Of a DNA stretch of 64,000 nt, positions 53,401 through 61,105 are shown piece by piece. The notes below the pieces were generated by a model that did no database searches, was not told where the DNA came from, and saw only the letters and a program-made list of their open reading frames with translations. The stretch lies in contig CH464491.1 in NCBI GenBank assembly GCA_000002445.1, forward strand, positions 1,728,001 to 1,792,000, in the 5' to 3' direction. A program made the position numbers and the translations under genes. Each line of letters opens with the position of its first letter. The stretch's first letter is position 1. The DNA comes from Trypanosoma brucei (lineage: Eukaryota).

Positions 53401-54804
53401 GAACTTCTTCGTTGCCGACGTAACAACAATGTCCTTAGCAACCCGGGGCTCCAAAACTGTCAGCTTCACCGGGGGCGGCGTCGCGTATCCTAGCATACCA
53501 AGCAGGTTGTCACACGTCACGTGCAATCTCTCAACCTGTTCCGCTAACGCACGAAACTGCATATCCTCGGTAGAAGTCTTAACCACATTGCCCCGTGTGT
53601 CTCTCTGTTCCCCTAACAGCTGCCACCACTCCTCCAACTTCGTTTTGTGCCATAGGTAGGATTTCAGGGCTACTTTTGAAGTTGCAACTGCTAACGCAAA
53701 AAATTGCTCTTTCTCCGCATCTGTGCTGTCATACATACCCGGCATAATACGAACACACCTCAAGCGGGCCGCACTCAGCTCCACTGCCTGCTGAAGGGAG
53801 GCCTCATCAACAACATCCGATGTCTTTGTTGTAGGATTAAATACCCGACGAACTCCAGCGGATCCCACAAAAAATATATCTTCCCTCTTAGGCTTACTGA
53901 TACCCGTAGTCAGCTCCATGAGCCCATGATAGTTGGCGAGATCGCTCAGTTGGACAGAGGTGTCTTCCACTGTGCCCTCCGCACCAAACAGACGGGAAAC
54001 CACGGCGTTTGTTCCTCCAAGTATTTCTATACCGACCTCACGAATGATAAAAGCCGACAGCGATAGGACAGCTGCGGTAGTAGAAGGGGATAGAGGGGCC
54101 GATAAACGCTTTTCCACGACACCGTGTAGCAACCTGAGAAAAGCCAGAACAGGTTTTGCATCATCCAGCAGACCGGCGAGCCACCACTCGCAGGTCACCT
54201 TGACAACCAGACGCAGGTGGTTGAGCTCTTCCATCGGTGCTTTCATTGTGGACAGCGTGTTATTGCTGCTTCCAGGGGCAGCTGAAGCGACGCCGTTACT
54301 ACTAGCAGTGGAACCTAGTGAACCTGCCCCTGCATTTCCATCGCCTCCACTAGGTCCCACAGGGGCTGCACCGACTTCCATACGCTGTATGGCTGCTTTC
54401 AGCTCCTCCATGCTAACGACCTTTTCAGCATTCTCCTTCACTCCCTTCTGCACCAACGGCCAAAAACTCTCATAACGCTGATGCACCTCGGAGCAGACAA
54501 CGACAAAAGAATGAGCGTCACTGGCTTTCATTTTTGTCCCTTGGCAGAGGGACTGCACAACTCCCTGGGCGGCCTCCGAAGTAAACATGGCAAAACTAAC
54601 AACGTCAAGCTGATCGAGTATTACTTTCTCTGATGCTTCTGCCGAATAGTCTTTAAACCGCTTGGCTAGGGCCGTCGCCTTCTTCAGGTTGGACGTCAAG
54701 GAAGGGGACTTTTCCGCAAATGCCATTCGTCCCGGTTGCGGATTCCTGTTTCGCTCCCGCAGCGTCATTCGTTCCGTAAGGAACTGGAGGACGCTTGAGC
54801 TCAT
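50440..54804 (-). CDS. large MIF4G-like protein with a C-terminal acidic tract; possible UPF2 (nonsense-mediated decay factor) homologue (1454 aa)
   Basis: ATG confirmed. The N-terminal block LKKATALAKRFKDYSAEASEKVILDQLDVVSFAMFTSEAAQGVVQSLCQ...SFVVVCSEVHQRYESFWPLVQKG resembles the first MIF4G domain of UPF2, where I recall an ICSLLHQRYKDF motif. A long Asp/Glu tract (DEDEDEDEDE...) precedes the C-terminal region, as in UPF2. The identification rests on my memory of that motif and is not verified. Confidence 0.5.
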   Translation of the reverse strand: MSSSVLQFLTERMTLRERNRNPQPGRMAFAEKSPSLTSNLKKATALAKRFKDYSAEASEKVILDQLDVVSFAMFTSEAAQGVVQSLCQGTKMKASDAHSFVVVCSEVHQRYESFWPLVQKGVKENAEKVVSMEELKAAIQRMEVGAAPVGPSGGDGNAGAGSLGSTASSNGVASAAPGSSNNTLSTMKAPMEELNHLRLVVKVTCEWWLAGLLDDAKPVLAFLRLLHGVVEKRLSAPLSPSTTAAVLSLSAFIIREVGIEILGGTNAVVSRLFGAEGTVEDTSVQLSDLANYHGLMELTTGISKPKREDIFFVGSAGVRRVFNPTTKTSDVVDEASLQQAVELSAARLRCVRIMPGMYDSTDAEKEQFFALAVATSKVALKSYLWHKTKLEEWWQLLGEQRDTRGNVVKTSTEDMQFRALAEQVERLHVTCDNLLGMLGYATPPPVKLTVLEPRVAKDIVVTSATKKFYAVSAAETLNRFESDEQRIFYEYVPDFLTISDELLKSLLSEKPSWDSLGRQGVLAQSPCAGVTDAREKKAHKRKEEGEGKDTASNSDTRCVGESRSPSYMKVSTTVERRLWLAWLAVPATLFDEYAVVLQLLEELEQCRSADAIDKWCVQYMQEALRPLEHSSGSVALGSVFFTNCRMLLAMEAWYSPWVQQPDMVPYLSRCIAEFSQYFPDMSEFIAGRLDAHWKSLCKADSGISEEKLRDQVEGTVRYICDLTKFGAIAHLAVFSVLRVGMEDLHGRISPYLISSVMKYCGFFLSRNQTTRQPFNKALGKLESALSKTTLYDEGSDLIRASLDFLHVPSAPRRPVAQVERSPLELYVRHLLNDVLSRQKYKFVCEKLVKVPWEDPAKRNGLVATLRDVQHLKWDNIPLLADLLADLGRAGHDSLVLRIVETVAEDLRRDLEVVPRDTEVEAVEMTEEIRYYAEASQLHAEYRSMSLRLLDCVFITHLCRARVLSFRFVSYIVAQLLCYTPHPNGCSPDCSRLRCCVSLLSGSLTFLPWQQRDSRSRSAERLASLHQLMRKMMALLFVHRYTIRALPLDLSQRLDELVSQLDECMRQGSGVGQPKGRDKHRGGEEKERSQDSVSESTAPPPGMRLPKSLQEAEAYAKVVEEEHVLSANVWYDRMCEKMRKSCREDFPHCRISSVQVRAASCSQVESTVAENVEENLMGLSTQDVDHVYDAVSSHGSDAGESYARGEYDVSTQSDGSSDESPDFDSDYSHSSTLSGFSRSDSDMISEENEDDDMDDEDDEEEEYSDDEEEEEEDEDEDEDEDEDEDEDDDNKKIAAAEALRLRIEEANLDAKLRALMSETQRDGIFRAASAATKGAAAERLIKQELTAGIRLHRQQQRSQQPHEESANRQEMKFVVLRRPVRGGGSTNTKPGGTSAGADPHGASANEGVDRNTLTLPRDTEFARSALHLQEQHRRQRDELREVTLRINRMQESERR
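50945..50992 (-). repeat. in-frame hexanucleotide tandem repeat (TCATCT)8 encoding (Asp-Glu)8 within the UPF2-like CDS, flanked by (TCC)n
   Basis: Directly visible as tcatct x8 followed by tcctcctcctcc. Translated on the minus strand it gives DEDEDEDEDEDEDEDE within the acidic tract. Confidence 0.95.
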
Positions 54805-54887
54805 TCGCTCCCACCTGAAATAATTCGTTCAACCTATTCGGTTTCTTGCTTTCCTTCACAACTGAAACGGGCCTTGGCACCGATCAG

Positions 54888-54904
54888 TATATATATATAT
54901 ATAT
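54888..54904. repeat. (TA)8 microsatellite
   Basis: Directly visible in the intergenic region upstream of the 50440..54804 gene start. Confidence 0.85.
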
Positions 54905-55599
54905 GTATTTTGGGAACGAAAACAGATATTTGTGCACTAAACTATGTAAGAAATATGCTTCTGCTCCTGTGAAAGCGCGTGAAAATTAAGAAAATAAGGT
55001 TGGTAAGTGCAGGGCAAGTACAATAGACTGCTACCCGGAAAAGGAACAGGGAAACGCATCCACGTAAGTACGCAGTTTGGAGCGCATCATATAACGCTCG
55101 CTCCTCACGCCCGGTCGTTGACACCACTGGTGGGTCCCAGGCCACCCGAATGAGGCTCACGAGCTCGTTTTTTCACTTGTTTGGTACTAATACGCCTTTG
55201 TACTAGTGTTTAAGGGGAGGGAAAGTGCCTTTTTTTTTTACTCATTGCGGCCCATATCCCGTTCGATCAGGCACGAGCGAAAGGCTGGGCACTTCTGCTC
55301 TCGCAAAGATCCCCCCTCTATGAAGAAATATGAAATTCAACTGAAAAGTTTATGGTGCCTTTTCTTCTCTGTTGTTTTGATCATGTTGCAGACACTTATT
55401 CTATGGATATTTTCTGTAGGTGCTGATGATGACGTCAAGCATTTGGAGGCTAACCCAGGATTTCCCGAACAGCCATTCTCCTGCTACTACTTCGTCCCTC
55501 TTTCACTTCCCCTCACACGCTCTCCCCCTTCTAGTCAACCGCAGAATACCCAGACGTCTGAGAGGCACTGGTCCATCATGTCTTGTGCAAACGGCTCTC

Positions 55600-58500
55600 C
55601 TACTTCTCGTTCGCCTCATTGTCACCCTCACCTACGGTTAATGCCGGCGACACTGTTGCATCGCGATGCTCCTCCGGAGAGGTTGCTGCCGGTGATGCAG
55701 TTGGTACACGAAACGGGACGTGTGAAGGGATCAGGACATGTGAGCCGAGGTAGACAGTGTTCAGCGCCTCCGAGCCGGCCTCAGACTTCACGAAGAAGCC
55801 GGGGAGTTGGATGCTTCCAGGATAACGCCTGAGCGCCTCTACGTTAATTTGCTTTTTCCCCATACATTCTTGCATGACACGGATGCCAAGATCGCATATT
55901 AAACGAGCCTTTTTGCTTCCGTGATTGTCAAGCTTATCATCCGTCTGTTTGATACGACTAAACAGTTCCATTACGAAACTCGCGCACTGGGCGTTCTGAC
56001 GGAAAAGTTCGTCAAACAACAGGTGCCATACCCGCTGATATGCGATGAAATGACTATCACTCTCACTCTCGTAAAAAGTGTGATGCGCCATGAAGAGTAC
56101 CAAAAAGGGTATACTGTACTCAGGAAAGCAACTGAGTGCTTCTCTGCTAGAGAGCGTAGCTCCCGACTGTGTCTGCCTGGAGCGTAGGTGGTTACCAACT
56201 TTGCAAAGGACGTCCCTCAGTTGCTGGTAGTCGCTTTTCGTCTCTTCGGAAATAGCAGTGAGAATGAGGCAGGCCACGTACCGCATGTCACATCGACCGT
56301 TAGTAACATGCCGGAAAACTTTGTGCTGGATGGCGCGTCGTACCGCAGTTTCACTCTCCGCTGAAAGAACCACCGCCACCGCAAGCGCCCTTTCGATGGT
56401 TGACGAGGGATGGACAATGAGTTTCAACAACTGCTGGTTGATAGAGCGGCGCCGAAGGCACGCCCTGATAGACTGCGAATCAAACTCGCCGACTAGTTTG
56501 TAAGCGGACAGTAGAGTGTCGAGTACCTCGTTGGTTGAAATGCTGCCATCGCCTTCCGATGGAACGTACGTTGAAAGGGCTGACAAACATTTCGCGGCCG
56601 CATCAACAACCGCGCTGGCAAGCGACATGGAGGGTAGCTCGAGGCACTTCGCTTTCATGTGTGGGGTTTCACTATCTGAGGATTTGTCGCGCGCAGCGAC
56701 AAGAAGGTAATTAGTGACAGCGGGCACCAGCGACCCACCCTTTACCGATCGCTGCGCACAAGGGTCTTTTATGAATACTGACAGAGCTTTTAGCAAGCAC
56801 ACGGCCCCGTTGTTAATCTCCGCAGCACTGTGACGAATGTGATGAGCCAACGTGTTCGCCAATTCCCCCACTTTGCAAAACTGCTCCAACCCACGGATCC
56901 GCGCGATTGCTATCAGGCAACGCGCCGCTTGCTTGCATACTTTCCCCTGCATTACGGGTGCGACGTCGTTAAGGAGCGGTCCGCCCGGGCGCTCACACAA
57001 TGTACACAGGGTTTTAACAAGTCCACAGTTGCGGACAACGGTAGCGGTATCACCGCCTCCCGGGAAAATGGCCTGTTTTGATTCCTTTTCTCCATATTGG
57101 GACACGTAGCGGGCCCAGTCAGTTATGCAAAACAGCGTAAGTAGCACGTTTGAGGGAGTGGCACAAGCAGTCACACCCGCACACGCTTTTTCCAGAAGCT
57201 CAACAAGCGGCCCAACGCATGCCGGAAGAAATGCTGGTGTGGAACGACAACAAAACAATAGTGCACGTAGGAGGCCATTGACTTTGCCCTGCAGCGTAGC
57301 ACATGGTTTTGGGGGTTTGCTTTCACGGCCAAGTCGGCAAATGTCACCCAACCGCGCAAGCAGCTCTTCTACATCCTCCACTTCAGTGGGGAGCATCATC
57401 TGCTTCGACAAGGAGTCCTGAACGAACTTCAGAACATGTTTGTCGACACGTCCCTCCAGCCCACGTATGAGACGCTCACGTTCCGTCGCGCACCGAGTGA
57501 CACCTTCGGAGCAGCAGTTTATGAAAGCTCTCGAAACCCTGTCGTCCTTGGCGAGGAAAAGAGCGTTCCATTCTCCATGCTGAGAGTGAGATATACCCAC
57601 AAGAAACTTCAGTATTCGATGTGCTTTGTTGGCCACCTCTTGGCCCTCTGCTGATCTGAGGTCAATGTTTCGCCCCTCTTCCCGTAGCTGAAAGAGTCGT
57701 AGAACACTGAGCCGGACCCGCGCCTTTTTACCCGCAAAAACAAGCAACCTGTCGAAACATTCCGGACTCATGTCACCACAAAGTACCGCCAAGCAGTTGG
57801 CGTATGTAGGTTCGTGTGACGTTTCTTTTTCGAAGTCGAATATGGGTATGTTTCGACGCTTCCGCTGCAGACCCTGAAGTTGTGACTGTGCCAACGCGGC
57901 GCCACCCTGAGGAGCTGTCTCTCTGGCAACTTTGGGTGGTGGAAGCATCGTTTCGAAAAGGGTCTCCAGCAGCATCACGCCTCCTTCCCAACTGGGGCAC
58001 TCCAGCACGGCTTCCGGTATCCATGGATATGATTCCCTTCGGTAGATGATGCATAGATGCTCAACCGCCACCTGCCGCACTCTGAAGTTCTTATCCGCAA
58101 TGAGCGGAGCAAGTGTCTCTTGCAGGCGCTCGCCTTTAACAAGTGATGGCGCAGCAGCAACAATTCTACCGTACGCGATGACGGCCGCCCGACGGACCTG
58201 TGCGTTCACATCAACGAGACGCTGCTCGACATGCTGCACGATCTCACCAGAAATGAGTAAATTTTCCGTTGTGCCCAACCTCGCTAGTTCTGAACGGACG
58301 GCTTCAACAGAAAGCTCCAACATCTCGATGCGCAGCGGGTGCGCAGTGTCTTCGAATCGCTCGAGGAGGACATTGAAAGTGCTACGGTACACTCGTATGG
58401 CGGCCTCATGGGCACCTAAAGCGGTAAAAAATCCACGCAGGAGAAACAAGCGTACCTCATCGTGCAGGTGCTGGAGATATGGCTCCAACGACGGCACAAG

Positions 58501-59559
58501 CTGGCAGACAAGATCTACGTGTAGCTCCGTAAGCGCCACCAAAAACTCCATTGCGCGACTAATGTCCCGAAGTCCCTGAGAACTCGCGTCCTTGTCATTG
58601 CCCGTCCCCTTCGCTGAAAGTAGCATGCTGACACCCTCCTTCACCATATCCGTAACAAAATCAGAAATCGCGGGCGGAATGACATCCACTTGCCCCAACA
58701 GCACACGAGCGGCGATGATGGCGCCCAAAGACTGTCGGCTTGAGGGCTCTTTATTTGCACGTGGGCAAATCGTTTCCACACCGCTACCTCCGCGGGCCCT
58801 GTTCGCAGCCGCACACCGCAGCAGCGCAGGCGATGCAGTGACAATCACCTTCAGCAGTGGGGACAGTTGTTCTCGTGTTATAGCTGTTGTGGTAAGCAAA
58901 ACATCATTGAGAATCTTCGCCATTTCTGACGCAGTTGTTGTGGTGATGGCGCTGCTGGTGCTTGAGGTGGAGGCGCCAGGCGCCGGTGTCCCAGACGCGT
59001 GCAAAACACTCGCAAACAAATATGTGAGACGTTCATCCAGAGGAAGTTTGCAGGATGGAATGACATGCACGAAGACACGTGACACACTCGCACGTTCAAT
59101 GATATTTTCGCACGTTTTCAGTGGTTTTCCGTCTCGAACAACCTCCACGAAGGGCGCCACAAGGCAAGTAAGAACGTCATCCGCGCGAGTCCGCCTGAAT
59201 GGAAGTTGAGTTTCTGCCATTTTGTCAGCAGGACTGTTATGCAATCGTACGAGGTCGGAAAGCAAGCACCCAGTAATTTGCTGTACACCGGCTATACTGC
59301 TATTCAGATACCGAGGAGAAAGCAGCTCCTCCAAGAATGTTTTGTCCAGAGAAAACGGTGGCTGAACATTTCGAAGGAAGCGGTGGCATTTGAACAGCCA
59401 CTGAAGCAACTGCGCGTCAGCCTTCTCTTGAAGTAAGCTCCCAGACAAAATGGATGCATCCTCTTCTTCAAGCCGTGGTTTCTTCTCTTTTGCTGCTGCT
59501 AGCTGAGCTGCGGCATGTCCGCTGCTCCTTTTTGAACGCAATACTTTCCCAAGAGACAT
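55600..59559 (-). CDS. HEAT/ARM-repeat protein, PDS5-like (sister-chromatid cohesion associated), 1319 aa
   Basis: ATG confirmed. The sequence is alpha-helical repeat type throughout. The N-terminal GCLLSDLVRLHNSPADKMAETQL resembles the conserved PDS5 N-terminal motif (AC-C-L-[AS]-D-I-L-R-[IL]-[YH]-AP-[DE]-APY). The size is right for PDS5. Confidence 0.5.
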   Translation of the reverse strand: MSLGKVLRSKRSSGHAAAQLAAAKEKKPRLEEEDASILSGSLLQEKADAQLLQWLFKCHRFLRNVQPPFSLDKTFLEELLSPRYLNSSIAGVQQITGCLLSDLVRLHNSPADKMAETQLPFRRTRADDVLTCLVAPFVEVVRDGKPLKTCENIIERASVSRVFVHVIPSCKLPLDERLTYLFASVLHASGTPAPGASTSSTSSAITTTTASEMAKILNDVLLTTTAITREQLSPLLKVIVTASPALLRCAAANRARGGSGVETICPRANKEPSSRQSLGAIIAARVLLGQVDVIPPAISDFVTDMVKEGVSMLLSAKGTGNDKDASSQGLRDISRAMEFLVALTELHVDLVCQLVPSLEPYLQHLHDEVRLFLLRGFFTALGAHEAAIRVYRSTFNVLLERFEDTAHPLRIEMLELSVEAVRSELARLGTTENLLISGEIVQHVEQRLVDVNAQVRRAAVIAYGRIVAAAPSLVKGERLQETLAPLIADKNFRVRQVAVEHLCIIYRRESYPWIPEAVLECPSWEGGVMLLETLFETMLPPPKVARETAPQGGAALAQSQLQGLQRKRRNIPIFDFEKETSHEPTYANCLAVLCGDMSPECFDRLLVFAGKKARVRLSVLRLFQLREEGRNIDLRSAEGQEVANKAHRILKFLVGISHSQHGEWNALFLAKDDRVSRAFINCCSEGVTRCATERERLIRGLEGRVDKHVLKFVQDSLSKQMMLPTEVEDVEELLARLGDICRLGRESKPPKPCATLQGKVNGLLRALLFCCRSTPAFLPACVGPLVELLEKACAGVTACATPSNVLLTLFCITDWARYVSQYGEKESKQAIFPGGGDTATVVRNCGLVKTLCTLCERPGGPLLNDVAPVMQGKVCKQAARCLIAIARIRGLEQFCKVGELANTLAHHIRHSAAEINNGAVCLLKALSVFIKDPCAQRSVKGGSLVPAVTNYLLVAARDKSSDSETPHMKAKCLELPSMSLASAVVDAAAKCLSALSTYVPSEGDGSISTNEVLDTLLSAYKLVGEFDSQSIRACLRRRSINQQLLKLIVHPSSTIERALAVAVVLSAESETAVRRAIQHKVFRHVTNGRCDMRYVACLILTAISEETKSDYQQLRDVLCKVGNHLRSRQTQSGATLSSREALSCFPEYSIPFLVLFMAHHTFYESESDSHFIAYQRVWHLLFDELFRQNAQCASFVMELFSRIKQTDDKLDNHGSKKARLICDLGIRVMQECMGKKQINVEALRRYPGSIQLPGFFVKSEAGSEALNTVYLGSHVLIPSHVPFRVPTASPAATSPEEHRDATVSPALTVGEGDNEANEK

Positions 59560-61105
59560 TCCGCTAAAAAAAAATGTTTACACCTCTTCGGATGCTCCTT
59601 TGTTTGGCTTTCACTACCTCTTCTCCTAAAGCTGTTTCTTTGTGCAGGTGTTTCCGTATCCCTTCTTGTCCCTGTTGCAAGTGTAGAACTGCTGCTGCTT
59701 TGATTTTCTCTCCTCAAAGCGGATTTTCCTTTTGATGGAACGATTTACACAATGCAATGCGCTGTCTGCTGCAAATAGACAGGGAAATCAGGGTTAGTAA
59801 AGGGCATCACAGAAACAAGAAAGAACGTAAGGAGAAATTGGAAAGAGAACACAGGCGAGTCCAGCGGGGCCGTACACGTTAGCCTGAAGTCAGTCATACG
59901 CTACTGCGTAGAACCCGCAGCGAATACATTCACTTTTATTACGAGGCGACCATCCGCCCAACGCGCTGACAGGAAGATCATTAATAATAATATGGTATTG
60001 CACGAAAGACTCGATCTTATCCATTATTCGGGGTGACGGAAGTAAAGGGGCAAATGAATCCCCAGCCCGTAGACCCATGACTGAAACATGTAAAAGTTTT
60101 TTTTTTTTGAAACAAAAAAGACGGGGTAAAAAGGGGTAACAGCAGCAAAAACACTGGACTGAGTGACGTGGCTCATCATAGGGATGGAAACAAAAAACAC
60201 ACGTCCCCCCTCCGCTCCTTGTTTCATCTTCCTCCCCGACATAATTCTTCATCTTTATGCTCTCGTTTGCCTGTTAGCAACCTCCACTGTTCGATTTGCT
60301 TCCTTCACATTTTAATGTTTCATCCCACTAATTCCCACACGAAAGCATTGGTCTCATTGACATACACCAACCCCACACAAATGCTAAACCTCTCTCATTC
60401 CAATACATTTGTATATGTATGCATACGTGTGCGCGCACGCTTTCGTATGATTGTGTGCATACTTGTTGTGGAGCCCCGGAGTAACTCTGTTTTCCTTATG
60501 GGCTGGCGCGGTATCGCTTGCTCCCCGCTCCGAGGCGACACAAAAAAGCACAAAGAAAAATGAGAAAAGGCATGGTGAAAATATACTACAAAACTCCAAA
60601 ACTTATGTTACCTTCCCCACACAAACACACACGCGCACACACACATATATGCCATTCCTTCGCTTTATGTCTTGCGGCATATTCGCTCCTCACCTCGCAA
60701 TATCTTTTGGGGGTTCTTAAAGTCTATGAAACTCACAGCATCGTATCCGCTTCCTTTCTACAGCCTTTCGTCCTCTTCCTTTACCTTCACCCACCTTCAT
60801 GAACTCCTTTGGGTTTCTCTTTTGTCACTTTTCCTGCTGATGAGACCTGAATGGAGGGCAGTCGCGAAATAACAATAATTATAACGGGTGAATACATAAG
60901 TAAGAGCAGACCCCAAGCACACACACACATACACGGAACCTCGCGGCGTCGTTCCTCGATTATTACGTCTTCACTTACCCACCCAGTCATCGATATTTGA
61001 CTAGTACCGTCTTGTGGTTGGAAAGCTTAACGCTCTTTCATCGCATGACTGAACTTGAGGCAACTCGCTTCGCTTCCGGTATTCAGCAGCCCAAATGATG
61101 TGGTG

